Below, one piece after another: positions 1-13,264 of a stretch of DNA of 64,000 bases. The stretch is from Octopus bimaculoides. Taxonomy: Eukaryota. The position numbers and the translations under genes were made by a program. Each line of letters starts with the position of its first letter. Positions within the stretch are counted from its first letter, which is position 1. Location: contig NC_068989.1 in the NCBI RefSeq assembly GCF_001194135.2, positions 2,561,270 to 2,625,269 on the forward strand, in the 5' to 3' direction. The notes under the pieces were generated by a model. That model was not told the DNA's origin and ran no database searches. It worked only from the letters and a program-made list of their open reading frames with translations.

Positions 1-149
1 CAGATGAACAAAAGAAAGAAAAGGACATTCAACACATTTTGAATGATTATATTTAGTGGTAATAATAACTGGACAAAGAATTGCATTGTGTTAATAATAG
101 TTTATAGAGAAATCTAAATGTAAAAAAATATAAATTTGAAGCCTTGAGC

Positions 150-400
150 CTCAGTAGTAAACCATTCTTGATGTATCTTGTGGCTATCGTACAGAATCTG
201 GTAAACGTCATTCTGTTGCTGTGCTAATCGCTCTCAAAAAGATAAGACCATCACATGACAGCAATTTCACAACATCAAAACATCTACAGGTATGTACATG
301 CGTCAAGGCAACGGAGAAGCCTTTATATAATTGATGGCCTTGCTAAAAATAGCAACCACATGGTGCCTCAAGTCGCCAAAAGATAGCAGCCATACTTGAA
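150..400 (-). mobile_element. Possible highly decayed hAT (Buster/SPIN-like) transposase fragment
   Basis: The minus strand at 309-344 reads SKAINYIKASPL, resembling the recalled V-K-I-I-N-Y-I-K-A-x-P-L motif of Buster-type transposases, followed by stop-riddled sequence. Single short motif only. Confidence 0.15.
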
Positions 401-555
401 ACACGTTTTACTTTGAAAGGCAGGGAACACACAAGATAATTTAATCCACGGTATATTATACAACATTCTATATGTAATCTATATGTAAAGCGACTCCAGT
501 ATTTATTATTATTATCATTTTTTTGTCGTGTTTTTAAATCTATAGGATTTCTAAA

Positions 556-655
556 AACATAAGTCCTGGGGTAGATTTGTCCGACTAAATCCTTCACTGC
601 AGTGTTCCATCATGGCCGCAGTCCTATGACTAGACTAAAGTAAGTAAAATACAAA
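556..655 (+). mobile_element. 3' tail fragment of SINE family B
   Basis: AAGTCCTGGGGTAGATTTGTCCGACTAAA...CATGGCCGCAGTC...TGACT...AAGTAAAA is the reverse complement of the tail seen at 21269, 28712 and 56104. Confidence 0.6.
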
Positions 656-1108
656 CTATAAAATCTAAATGTTATTCAGTATTAGACCAATTCAAAATTT
701 CCTGATGAACGCATAAGACAGAATATCATTAGTTTTCCTACAAGTTTACACAAACGCCTATCCAATAGACTGACGGCTCTGCGCATTACTTAAATCTACA
801 TTTAAAACGAAGATCAGTGCTGAGTTGTAATTTCTGATGTGGCCTAAAAATCTATTTTGTTTACAAACCATTATTTCTATAAAGTTTCTGATTCTAGGCT
901 TTCTTCTAATTATGTTTTTTTCTTTTGATATGTAAAAAAAATATATGAAGATAATGGTACTTAGAAATAATCACAAATTTAATATATTCAAATACATATA
1001 CACATATATGTATATGTGTGTACATATGTATATGTATATTTGTGTATATATATGTGCGTGTGGGTGTGTGTTAATATATATATACACACCCTGTTTCAAC
1101 TCTACACC

Positions 1109-1162
<54 letters not shown>

Positions 1163-1658
1163 TGCATGGCACTGTACAGTTAAAGCCGGTTGGTTTGTAT
1201 ACGTATGCGTTTATTCGATATCTCATGTCAGAGTAATTACTATTTTATATCTTTCGATAAGATAAAAGAAACTTAATGCGTGGATCGTAGATGTATGAGT
1301 GCGCGTGCGCGTCTGTATGCATGTGTATGAGCAAAGAAAGGAAAAGAAAGATAGAACATTAAAAAGCGTCGGGTTAGTGATCACAAATATAGGAATATAG
1401 GCAACGGACTCGCGTGTGTGTATGTGTTGCATTTGTGTACCTAGCTAAGTGCTTCTAACAACAAATACGCGTGCGCGGAATTTTTGGCTCCTATTTACGT
1501 ATGTGATAACTTGAGAGCATTTGTGTATTCGAAGGGTTTGTGTAGAAAAGATGTTTCAAAATGTTTCTGGGGTTTGCGTTATGAACGTTATATATTTTCT
1601 ATCTTTATACATGTATATATACATAGATAACTATATACATGTATATACATACATACAT

Positions 1659-1692
<34 letters not shown>

Positions 1693-2313
1693 NNNNNNNN
1701 NNNNNNNNNNNNNNNNNNNNNNNNNNNNNNNNNNNNNNNNNNNNNNNNNNNNNNNNNNNNNNNNNNNNNNNNNNNNNNNNNNNNNNNNNNNNNNNNNNNN
1801 NNNNNNNNNNNNNNNNNNNNNNNNNNNNNNNNNNNNNNNNNNNNNNNNNNNNNNNNNNNNNNNNNNNNNNNNNNNNNNTATATATATATATATATGGGGG
1901 GGACATGTGTATGCCAAAGAATTAATGAGCTCGAGAATCTGTGAATATGCACATTCCTGTTTTAAATTATTTTGGGGTTTTTCTAAATTCAGCAGACATA
2001 TTGAAATGTAATGCAGCTTGTTATGCACATATTTCTCTTGTGTAAATAACAGAGAAATTACGACATTTGTTTATTATTTGCTCTATAATTTCCTGCTCAG
2101 CACATAATATCGATAAACACAGAAGTCAGGTAATAGATGTTGCACATGTAATTCTTGCTAAATTATCTCTTTTGTGCTTTCCTTGTTGTCTACTTCTTCC
2201 TCGATTCTTTTTACCAATGTTCACCACCACTGCCAATGCATCCAACTCAGGAACAATATCTACGATGCTCATTAAACCATCCGTTTAATACAACTGCTAG
2301 TACTAGTAATGTT

Positions 2314-2314
2314 T

Positions 2315-2348
<34 letters not shown>

Positions 2349-2445
2349 CGATGATGATGATGATGATGATTATTATTATTATTATTATTATCATTATTAT
2401 TATTTTCATCATTATTATTATTGTTGTTATTATTATTAGTATTAT
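2314..2445. repeat. Compound trinucleotide array (GAT)n-(TAT)n
   Basis: Directly visible. It gives the poly-D/poly-Y/poly-H pseudo-ORFs. Confidence 0.95.
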
Positions 2446-4159
2446 TATCAAAATTCTTGTTTCTAAAGTTAGAAATTTGTGAGCAGAGCATAGATCACTT
2501 AATTCAACAAGAATACTCCTATTTTATCGACCTTGGAATGATGGAAGGCAAAGATGTTTTCGGTGGGATTTCAGCTGATAACGTAAAGAGCCGGAAGAAA
2601 CCACAAAGAATTTCTCCGACTTTCAAAAAAAAAAATAATCTATTCAATGCCCTTGGGTTTTTTTTTGTTTTTTTTTTTACATAGTCAAAAGTGACCTCGG
2701 TGTCATATTTTGCATTAAGAGATATGAAAACTTCAGCAAACATTGGAAACAAATATACAGAGAAAACTATAGGAAATAAGAGTAAATACATTTTAATCCT
2801 TGATGGAATCAATAATGAAAAGACGCAGCTGGAATAAAAGTGAGAATGTAGAAAGATTACGAAAATAGAATCTAGCCAAAAACGAAATATCCGAAATCAA
2901 AGAACACCTGAAAGAAGGTACTAAATCATAAAGAATTTGTCGATATGAAAAACGATAATGACTCTTCGACTCCAACTGAAAACAATATTATCAAGAAATT
3001 GACAAAAATATGAGACCGAAATAAATGCAGCGCCAGAAGCACGAAAAGTAGCAGCATTGGAGGAGGAGGGGGCGACGAAGGAATCGTCACAAAAACGAAT
3101 ATAGTATCCTAAAAATTGTGAGTAAGCGAGAGCAAAATAATAAGTAGCCCAGACGTTGCCGCAAAATAAGCTGGAAGGCATCAAAACTTGATAAAATTCT
3201 GATATTCAGGGACATCTATATTTCTAACAGAAATGTTTTGAGAGATATTAATAGAGCTAGAGAATGTCCCCGACTGGCTCACTTACGTCGAAAATTATCT
3301 TCATCTTCAAAACTGAACAAAACCTAAAAGCTGCAAAATTTTACAGAATCTCAACTTGCCTTCCACACAACCAGCGGAGCTTCAACTGCAATAATATCGA
3401 AGATAATAAATAAATAGCTGTAAAAAGAAAACTATTTACTGCCATTATGGAATGGTCCACATGACTGTTGTGAAGGTTAATGACTGATGAGCAAAAATAT
3501 AACCAAAAACTGCAGAAGCAGGAAGGGTTTGAGGATGGTTTGGATTTTCTACCCACTTTTGGCTTTATTTCCCCACTATTAAACTTCGGAAACATCAGTC
3601 ATTTGTAAGGTAATTCCAGCGAGGATATATGAATTATATGTTGAGTAAATAGCATTCAGCTTTGCAGATAGAGAATAAAAATAGAATTATATAAACTAAA
3701 CCCATCTTCATCACAATATGAATATTCCAAGACGACTCTGTATATTCACCATTTGTCTCACTCCTTTAACTGATATTATAATCAGGATTGAACTCAGCTT
3801 CGAATGCTACGTAAGAGGATCAATTATCTTTTGAATAGGAATGCCTTTTCTACTGTGAATGATAAACGATTAGAAACATTATTGTAACAGGAAATAGATT
3901 TGAGATGAGATTCTCATTAAAGAAATGCGCCAACGCATTTTTATAATGCGAGAAAATAATTATTAAAGCCACCAAGAAACTGAGATGAGACAATTACAAC
4001 ATATAGAGAAATAGAAAGACTTGGACAGCGTAAAACAAATGCAAGAAGATTAAGAACAAATGTTACAGATGCATCAGGTCAATACTTAAGACAGAGCTAA
4101 CTACAAAATAGTAAGGTAATAAAGATTAAGAGGGTAGCTGTTGTAGTAATAAAGAGGAG

Positions 4160-4467
4160 TTAACATATTCGTAGGTAGACACGTAGCTTAGTGCTTTGGG
4201 CATTCATCTCACGGTCGAGAGTTTTTGAGCAAAGTACTTTATTTCACGTTGCTTCAGTCCCCTCAACTGGCAAAAGTGAGCTGTATCTGTAATTCAAAAG
4301 GGCAGCCTTGTAACAAATTGTATCACGCTGAATCCCTTTGAGAACTACGTTTAGGGCACACGTGTCTATGGTGCGCTCAGCCACTTGCACGTTAATGTAA
4401 TGAGGAGGTTGTTCCGTTGATCGGATCAACTGGAATACCCGTTGTCGCAACCGACAGAGTACCACTT
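4160..4467 (+). mobile_element. SINE family C copy
   Basis: tRNA-like start (TAGCTTAGTG...). The body GAGAACTACGTT-AGGG-ACACGTGTCT-TGG-G-GCTCAGCCACTTGCACGTTAAT... is shared with 52541-52715. Confidence 0.7.
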
Positions 4468-4641
4468 TAGTTAGACGGTAAAGTAACTAATAAAACAGAA
4501 AAAGAGGAAACAAAAAATAAGGCAGTATTTTCAGTTCGCCATCGAGAATTTAAGTATGAATAAAATGAAGGGATGCTTTATGCAATCGGAGAAGTGCAAT
4601 AAAATATTCACGGTACAAATACAAAATGTTTAGTGAATAAT

Positions 4642-5037
4642 GATTTCAAATTTTTGCCACAAAGGCAGCTTGCGGGAGGGGATTAGGTCAATTACATCGA
4701 ACCCAGTGCGTAACTGGTACTTATTTAATGGACTCCGAAAGGATGAAAGACAAAGCCGACCTCGGCAGAATTTAAACTCCGAATGTAACGGCAGACGAAA
4801 TACCTATTTCGTTATTGCCCACAAGGGGCTAAACATAGAGGGAACAAACAAGAACAAACGAACGGATTAAGTCGATTACATCGACCCCGGTGCGTAACTG
4901 GTACTTAATTTATCGACCCCGAATGGATGAAAGGCAAAGTCGACCTCGGCGGAATTTGAACTCAGAACGTAACGGCAGACGAAATACCGTTAAACATTTC
5001 GTCCGGCGTGCTAACGTTTCTGTCAGTGCGCCGTCTT
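4642..5037 (-). mobile_element. Head-to-tail dimer of SINE family A
   Basis: Two consecutive copies of ...GTAACTGGTACTT...ATCGACCCCGAA-GGATGAAAGGCAAAGTCGACCTCGGCGGAATTTGAACTC...GACGAAATACC (4642-4803 and 4804-5037). The minus strand has an A box (TGACAGAAACG) and a B box (GAGTTCAAATTC). Confidence 0.85.
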
Positions 5038-5490
5038 ACATATTTAGTAAATAATAATGGAAAACTAATACAAATAGCTACAAGACAGCAAAACAGCAAA
5101 CAAAATGCTTTGTTGTCTTCATGGGAGACAAAAAATGAAAAACTGGGATTGAAATGATAGATATGAAGAACGACAACCAACAAATGAAATTGTTAAAATG
5201 CTAAAATCTAAGATAAAAATTCGGCTTAGATTGTTATGATAAAAACAATAGCAAGAGAAGCTCCTACATGGCCAGTACCTGAAAAGGGTGAATAGGATTA
5301 AGGGGAGTGCATAAGGAGAATTCGCAATATTGGTTAAAAACCACAATACTCTCTGCTGAGACTGGCAGATGTTTACTTGCGGCAGAAGCTCAGATCTTGC
5401 CCTCCGTCACCAGAAACCATCTACAGTAAGAAATGAAGTAGAATGCAGAATATGTTGAGAAAATATAATGACTAGGTACTGCACCCACAC

Positions 5491-5539
<49 letters not shown>

Positions 5540-5641
5540 GACATTAAGTAGGGTCCATTAAACAGGGCAAAACAAAAAAGGCATAAAACTACATGCACAC
5601 AAGGTAAAATGAGTTGAGCTTGGCAGTGAAATAAGACTTCA

Positions 5642-5674
<33 letters not shown>

Positions 5675-6071
5675 GGTTCAGTCGGCAATTAAGAAAAAAT
5701 GGTACAACTTCCGGCTTGCGAATACCGGAAATCGACGTTTTATGAGGACTAATTCCGTTTACACGTCTGTCTCAGAAGTCCAAACAGTGCCAATGTATCA
5801 GGTATTTATTGTCATTATATATTTTTCAATGAAAATCATTGCCGTTGCATAAATGTTTGTTGAATATTGTTGTACACACGCGCACACACATGCACATGCA
5901 TTTATATGTGTATGTGTATATATATATATATATATATAATTATTAAACACATATACACACACAAATATACATATGGGTTTATATATGTGTACGAATGTAT
6001 ATGTATCAATATCTATATCTATATATATACATATATACACACACACAAACATGAATGTTTACGTACACATA

Positions 6072-6120
6072 TACGAGGGGTGCTGAAAAGTTCTTGTCTT
6101 TAAGGGCATTACGAAGGCCT
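6072..6120 (+). mobile_element. Mariner-like terminal fragment
   Basis: TA followed by CGAGGGGTGCTGAAAAGTTC resembles mariner TIR starts (TA|CGAGGG). No matching second end was found. Confidence 0.4.
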
Positions 6121-6221
6121 GGATCTGTAGTCTTCGAATTTCCCCTTCCTGGTTTTGGTAAGCTTAATTTCTCAAGATTGGTATCTAAGCAGTGTGTTAC
6201 ACATCCCAGGGCCCCAATAAT
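6121..6221 (-). mobile_element. 3' end (restriction-like endonuclease tail) of an RLE-type LINE, second copy
   Basis: The minus strand reads IIGALGCVTHCLDTNLEKL and is closely similar at DNA level to 61121-61230 (IIGALGYVTHCLNTNLEKL). Confidence 0.75.
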
Positions 6222-6384
6222 ATGTCTGTATGAATGCATGCACACCTGTATTTGTATGCAAGGGTTCATAGCACTGCTGCTCCAAGTTTCATCACCACCA
6301 TTTTGTATTCGTTCAGATTTATGTACAAACGCATATTCACGAGAATTTCTGAGTCGTAATGGACCGAAACTTTCTCTACAAAGG

Positions 6385-6438
6385 AATGAACGAAATGCAT
6401 TAAATTAAATGAACGAAATGCATTAAACTAAATGAACG
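6385..6438. repeat. 23-bp tandem repeat (about 2.4 copies)
   Basis: AATGAACGAAATGCATTAAA(T/C)TA starts at 6385 and 6408, with a partial copy at 6431. Confidence 0.85.
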
Positions 6439-8597
6439 CATCCTTCTCCCGTTCAAGCATCATTATATACGTGTGTGCGTGCAAGCTTACATGCTTGTGT
6501 GTCTGTACATGTGTGTGTGTGCATGTGTGTGTGTGTGCATGTGTGTGTGTGTGCATGTGTGTGTGTGTGCATGTATGTGTATGTGTTTGCGTCTCTGTGT
6601 GTCTGCATGTGCGCATATGTGTGTGTATGTGCGTATATGTGTGTGTTTGTACATAGTCTACGACTTTTAGATAATAACTGGGAAATGATAACCTTTAAAA
6701 TGTTACCGATTTAAGATTTCTCTGAAGAAAAATTAAACTTGTCTTGATTAAGAATTATCGATTTGTTTTTACTTAGATTTAAAGGTCCTTTATCTTCGTG
6801 GAAGAGTAGTTGGCGTATTTGACCTCTTTGTGTTTCCCATGAGTGGTTCTGGCTTAAACAAGTGTAGATGGCTTTTAGCACTCACGACCTTTTCCAAACT
6901 ATTTTTTAGTTATCGTTTTCCCAACAGAATTTCGCTGTTTCGGTTCTGGTTGTGGTCGTAGAAAATTTGAAACGTTTGGTTAAGCAACTTGTATTCTGTT
7001 CAGGAAATTGTTCCACGTCGAAATGCTCTGTATGAAACATCATTGCTGCTTAAACATTCCTTGTCGTGCAGGAAAGAGGAAGGCACAAACACTAATGACT
7101 ATAGGTGATGTGATATGTTTATTTTTTTATGAACAACAATGAAAAGTTTCAGACATTTTAGCAACAAAAGGGGTTTAGTAACAGAATGATTTCACATGTA
7201 CCACTCAGAATATAGTTTTTTCAATGCTTCCTGCTCATTCAGAAACTAAAGCTAAATTTGTTCGGTATTACCAAAAATAAGAGCCAAAGACATTAAACCA
7301 CATCATTTTCCATAAGGAGACGAAGGTTTGTCCAGAATGACGCGTAGTTAACTTCGAAATGGCTTTATTAAAGAATGCGTAGAAATTGGAAGCCCACCGG
7401 GACCCTACTAGGTGGTTATTTCCAGCTTTTGGATGTGTTCATTGTATTTAATGGACTTGAGGATTCCGTATATAAAAGGAAAGAGTTTTTGTAATATTTT
7501 GGAAGTCTTTGGTTTGGCGTTGTTTATAAAGTTGCTTCGTCTTTAATGCCGAGCTGCATACAATTTGTTTACAGCTGAGTTGAATCTGATATGTTCAGAA
7601 CAACCAATTTTCTAGAAATATGGCACCGGTTAATCAATACAAGATTTACGATAGCCTACTTGGCCTTGCCTGGGCTTGATAAGAAAATGCAGCCATATAT
7701 AACAAGCTAAAACTGAATTATCGCACAAATATCGTTGGGGACCGAAATGAGATGAACACATAAATACATAAATACCATGATTCATGATAATCGTATTTAG
7801 ACATGTAACAAAGCTTAGAGTTCAACGAACCTCGTGTTTTCCTTAAGGTCAATGACTCACAATTTCTGTTAGCTTTCATTTTAAACTGAATTGTTTTCGC
7901 AAATATTTCTTTTAAAACTTCTATACAATAAGTTTCTTCAGTCTTGAAAGGAATTTTTTTTTCTTTTTCATTTATTACTAAACAAAACTATCAGCAGTTT
8001 GAATATCGTCAATTTTAGCTGTCAGCATTTTTTCTTGAGAACATTTAGCTATCGGTTTTGTTTTGAATGTCGACATTCTCTTTGTACACGAGACGATCTA
8101 GCGTTTATCCCCTCTAGGATCATTAACATAATCAGTTCAGTGAATTAGTATCAAGCGACAAAAGAACATTTTCTACATTTTAGAAGCAAATATAACAGCG
8201 ACCAGTTCTTTACCTGTGTGATTTCAGGTGTTATAGACAACCACATTGGCCCAGTATTTAGAAATGACGTTCAGTTCTAGCTAGATTTTTCTCTTACTTT
8301 TTTTTTTTTTTGAGGTTATAAACATTATAAATCCGAAATATATAATTTTAGTATTTATCTGCGGATGTAATCATAAACGTTACTTCACAGTATATATACA
8401 TATACGTGTACAGAATACATATCCATACCAACAAACACACACATACACACACGCGCGCAGACACACACACACTACATACATGCAAACATACATACATACA
8501 TACATGTCGGATAAATATAATAATAATAACAATAATCCTTGGATGGAATTTATAAGTATTAAATGCTTATAAATTCCATCCAAGGATTATTGCTATC

Positions 8598-8628
<31 letters not shown>

Positions 8629-9712
8629 TGTGTGTGTATATATATATATATATGGATGCCCATATATATATATGGATGCCCATATGGAGACAAGCGTAGA
8701 CGAATGGAAGCGTAAAAGTGAGGTGGTCTTTATTTATAAATTTAATACTCTTTAACTCTGCAGAAAGCTTCTTATCGATTTTGCCAGGAGTTTAACAAGA
8801 TCGATAAGTTAGAAATTTTTGCAGACTATTGTTAATCATTATGTGTGTGTCTAGAATATAGAATGTGTGTGCGCGTGCATGATTGAGCACATGCACGTGT
8901 GTATGTGTGTGTGCTCTTTCGAGTGCATCTCAAGCAGTATTTGATCATGGTTCCATTCTGCAATTATAAAATGTGTTGGTTTTGTTGTTAATGTGTTTAG
9001 TGGTCAAAATAGTTCAGAAACTTAATGCCATCCGTAATAGACACTGAACAAGCCGCCCCCAGCTAACCTCCCAACATAGAAAGCTATGACGTATCTACCC
9101 CGCTTTCTGGCATCGCTTTCTCCTTTTCTCGTCTGTCATCACACCCTCAATATGGTGTCAGGAAATGGGTAGAAAAACGAATCCAAAGCCGCATGAAACA
9201 CACCAGTCTGTCTCCGCATTGCATGTAGAACTTTTGTTTTTCGAAATCGATCAAAAGGGAACGAAAAGCCTTTTCTTTTCGACGTGTAAACAAGGAAATA
9301 ACACAAAAGTCGTTGTTAACAATTAGAGTTCCCAAAAGGGGGTGGTGAATGTAACATTAACTAGGGTTATCCGTGGAAAGAAAAACCTACGGAAAAGAAC
9401 CATGGTAACCTCGGAAACGAAAAATAAAAACATTAACATGAGAGCAAGGCGCTCTTTCTCTCTTTGTTTTATAGGATTATGCTCAAGGTGGTTCCGCCAT
9501 TTATTCGTACCATCCTTGCGACATTTACCCACCTTTGGTTGAACTTTTCATTAGACAAAACTTCCCTCTCTATTTTCAACTTCCTCTTCAAGTGATACAT
9601 GAAGAAATCGATCAGAGGTTGGCCAGAGGGGAAAGTGTTTGTCTCTAACCCTTTCGCACGAGTCCACTACACACATCCTTTCACCATAGCCACCAGTAGA
9701 TAGAAAGAGAGA

Positions 9713-9750
<38 letters not shown>

Positions 9751-10358
9751 AAGAGAGAGACGTAGATAGATAGATAGATAGATAGATACATACATACATA
9801 CATACATACATACATACATACATACATACATAGATTCATGCAAAACTACACACATACGTGCGAGAGATTGAAACTGGCCCGCTTGGCTTGGTATTATCCT
9901 CTGAATGCACACATTTTGACATCGGCGAACAACTTCAATAGTACTGGATCGATAATTATGTCTTTAATGTGTCGTGATCAGATAGTTATTATTTGCTTTG
10001 CACAATATCTTTGCCTGCTCTTGATTGGCAATATGAATTGATATACATATATATAAATGTGCTGAATAACATCGCTTCCAGTAACAATTTTCCATTATCA
10101 ATTATACACAGGACAATTATCTCAGTTCTATTGGCCGTTGCATTGCTTCTGGTAACATATGACATATCAGAAGCAGTTTTATGTCACACTGTAGCCGTAA
10201 CCATGCAATTGAGAGTTGGGGAACAATAGACCAATTTTCTTTCGCTCTTTACACTTTCGTTATATCTCTTTCGAATTATGTACATATATGTGTCTGCGGG
10301 TGTAATTGAGTGTGTGTGCATGTGTAAATATATGCAATATGCACGTATATATGTAGAT

Positions 10359-10416
<58 letters not shown>

Positions 10417-11171
10417 NNNNNNNNNNNNNNNNNNNNNNNNNNNNNNNNNNNNNNNNNNNNNNNNNNNNNNNNNNNNNNNNNNNNNNNNNNNNNNNNNNNN
10501 NNNNNNNNNNNNNNNNNNNNNNNNNNNNNNNNNNNNNNNNNNNNNNNNNNNNNNNNNNNNNNNNNNNNNNNNNNNNNNNNNNNNNNNNNNNNNNNNNNNN
10601 NNNNNNNNNNNNNNNNNNNNNNNNNNNNNNNNNNNNNNNNNNNNNNNNNNNNNNNNNNNNNNNNNNNNNNNNNNNNNNNNNNNNNNNNNNNNNNNNNNNN
10701 NNNNNNNNNNNNNNNNNNNNNNNNNNNNNNNNNNNNNNNNNNNNNNNNNNNNNNNNNNNNNNNNNNNNNNNNNNNNNNNNNNNNNNNNNNNNNNNNNNNN
10801 NNNNNNNNNNNNNNNNNNNNNNNNNNNNNNNNNNNNNNNNNNNNNNNNNNNNNNNNNNNNNNNNNNNNNNNNNNNNTATATATATATATATATGTATGTA
10901 TATATATAATATATAATATAATATAATATAATATAATATAATACACATGCACGTGTGTATGTAAATGTTCTACGCTTTTCATATCAAACAATTACCATAT
11001 TTGTGAACAAAAATACGACATATATTTAAACTAATGTGTGTGTGTGTTTGTGTGCATGTATGTGTGTGTGTGTGAATTGCTTGGAGTGATTACCAGTCAG
11101 CTTTGAAGTCAGTATATGTATCTATATTGACATCCCAATAATTAGTAAACTATATCTTATATGTCTACAAT

Positions 11172-11213
11172 ATAGGATACTGAAATAGGATACTGAAATA
11201 GGATGCTGAAATA
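11172..11213. repeat. 13-bp tandem repeat x3
   Basis: ATAGGAT(A/G)CTGAA at 11172, 11185 and 11198. Confidence 0.9.
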
Positions 11214-12302
11214 TTGGCCTCCAACCCTGTCCTGGATGATATATGCGTGTGTGTGTGTGTGAGTATAATATGTATATATGTGTATAATATGTACAATGTG
11301 GGTATATATATATATGCACTTATCCATATATAGAATACGTACATATACACAGAGCGAGACGGGCAGATGTTATAGGCTTCGTATAAACAAGTATATATAG
11401 ACAAGCATATAACATTGTTCTTTTTCTCTTCTAGTATCCTTCTATACACGTCTGTTATTTTAACTCTGTCTACTTCAATCTATTTCATATCCTGCGGTTG
11501 CATCTTTATCTTTACACATTCATTTTTTATTGAGATGTTATTATTGATAGCTTTATCTTGACTCTCTATCTCTGCTGTTATTTAGAGTTATTCTTTATTT
11601 CACTTCTCACTTTACACCGTTCAGCATTCAATATCTTTACCCTTTTGTGTTTTATTGTCATATTGTTTTGGTTGCACCATTTTACCTTTCTGTACGTTCC
11701 ATTTATTCTGTGTATATTTATATATATATATATATTTACAATAAAATCAGTAAAGATGGTCACGTGGTTGCTAATGGTGTCAAAGCATTTATAAAATAGT
11801 CATAAAGAAGTGAGTATAAAAACATTAAGCAGAAAAACAGAAAAATCAGAGACGCAAGAATTCTCCATAAATGAGAAAAATATCCGGAATGCTCAGACGA
11901 GCGTCACAGATAAGAGTAATGGAAGTCCAAGTAGTTTATTTGCAGTGGTTCACCATGGAATACATCGGTTAAAATTTGGGGAGCTCATACTCGAACCTCA
12001 CAACTATGGGACGAGAGAATGCGGGTGTCACTTTACAGCTGTTTCTGGTGTATAGTGTTCAATTAGTGCAGTAACGCGGAGGAGGTTAGTGTTACTGAAT
12101 GTATATGAAATAACACTTGAACAGTACATTGCCTACAACCAACTCTTGTCTGCTAACGTTTCTGCTAGCTCGCCGCCTCTATCCTGAAATATTGTCACTT
12201 TGTATGTTAGACGTGTCACCTCACATCATACACATCCTGATACGAATTTTGTTGGCTGTGAAGAGGTTCAGACATGGCTGCAGATAATAATGCAAATCCA
12301 AA

Positions 12303-12376
12303 CTGCAGGAGGATTCGAGCCATTGACCTTCAGTGTGCTGGACTGACGCTCTAACCAACTGAGATATAGAATCACC
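12303..12376 (-). pseudogene. tRNA-like pseudogene or SINE head with Ala(AGC)-like anticodon arm
   Basis: Minus strand: TA-TCTC-AGTTGGTTA-GAGC-G-TCAGT-CCAGCAC-ACTGA-AGGTC-AATGG-CTCGAAT-CC. It has a perfect 5-bp anticodon stem, a 7-nt loop with AGC (12339-12337), a D arm and A/B boxes. The acceptor and T stems do not pair and the loop has C33. Confidence 0.6.
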
Positions 12377-12386
12377 ATATGTATGT

Positions 12387-12455
12387 AGTGTGCGTGAGTG
12401 TGCGTGAGTGTGCGTGAGTGTGCGTGAGTGTGCGTGAGTGTGCGTGAGTGTGTGT
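12387..12455. repeat. 10-bp minisatellite (AGTGTGCGTG) x6
   Basis: Directly visible, just beyond the 5' end of the tRNA-like sequence. Confidence 0.92.
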
Positions 12456-13223
12456 ACTTCGGAGTTTGTTAACAAAATGACTTGCTTTGAAATCCGGTCT
12501 TAAATCTAAAACGCGATGATATAGTCATGACAGCCATTTATGGTGGAGCACCATCTCTTGTATTCACTTTTAGGTATCGTATTTTACAGTCGAATTGGTA
12601 TATATGTGTCACTATCTTTCCAAATAGTAATGGATTTCACATGGAATTTTTGTTCCTCGACCTGGTCTGAAAATTCTAATGACTGGAACAAACTAAAAAA
12701 GGAATAATAAGAAAGAACAACAGATATATATATATATATATANNNNNNNNNNNNNNNNNNNNNNNNNNNNNNNNNNNNNNNNNNNNNNNNNNNNNNNNNN
12801 NNNNNNNNNNNNNNNNNNNNNNNNNNNNNNNNNNNNNNNNNNNNNNNNNNNNNNNNNNNNNNNNNNNNNNNNNNNNNNNNNNNNNNNNNNNNNNNNNNNN
12901 NNNNNNNNNNNNNNNNNNNNNNNNNNNNNNNNNNNNNNNNNNNNNNNNNNNNNNNNNNNNNNNNNNNNNNNNNNNNNNNNNNNNNNNNNNNNNNNNNNNN
13001 NNNNNNNNNNNNNNNNNNNNNNNNNNNNNNNNNNNNNNNNNNNNNNNNNNNNNNNNNNNNNNNNNNNNNNNNNNNNNNNNNNNNNNNNNNNNNNNNNNNN
13101 NNNNNNNNNNNNNNNNNNNNNNNNNNNNNNNNNNNNNNNNNNNNNNNNNNNNNNNNNNNNNNNNNNNNNNNNNNNNNNNNNNNNNNNNNNNNNNNNNNNN
13201 NNNNNNNNNNNNNNNNNNNNNNN

Positions 13224-13264
<41 letters not shown>

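Larger units (their letters stand above)
2700..5480 (+). mobile_element. Decayed R4/Dong-type non-LTR retrotransposon (RT plus C-terminal region), interrupted by SINEs
   Basis: Ordered RT-like motifs with stops and frameshifts: ISWKASKLD (~3165), PDWLT (3269-3283), IFKTEQNLKAAKFYRISTCLP (~3302-3364), IFQDDS (3722-3739, cf. GIFQGDSLSP), INYLL (3819-3833, cf. INHLLYMDD), MRFSLKKCA (3905-3931). After the SINE inserts come KLLHGQYL (5258-5281), YWLK...AETG...AA and CRIC (5444-5455, start of a zinc knuckle). Clade assignment is from recalled motifs. Confidence 0.75.

Noticed and set aside
11850-12060. Possible RTE-type LINE remnant (MRKISGMLRR...LQWF)
   Set aside because: A single weak motif with no supporting neighbours.
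12303-12376. Functional tRNA-Ala gene
   Set aside because: The acceptor and T stems do not pair and the anticodon loop has C33, so it is kept only as a pseudogene or SINE head.
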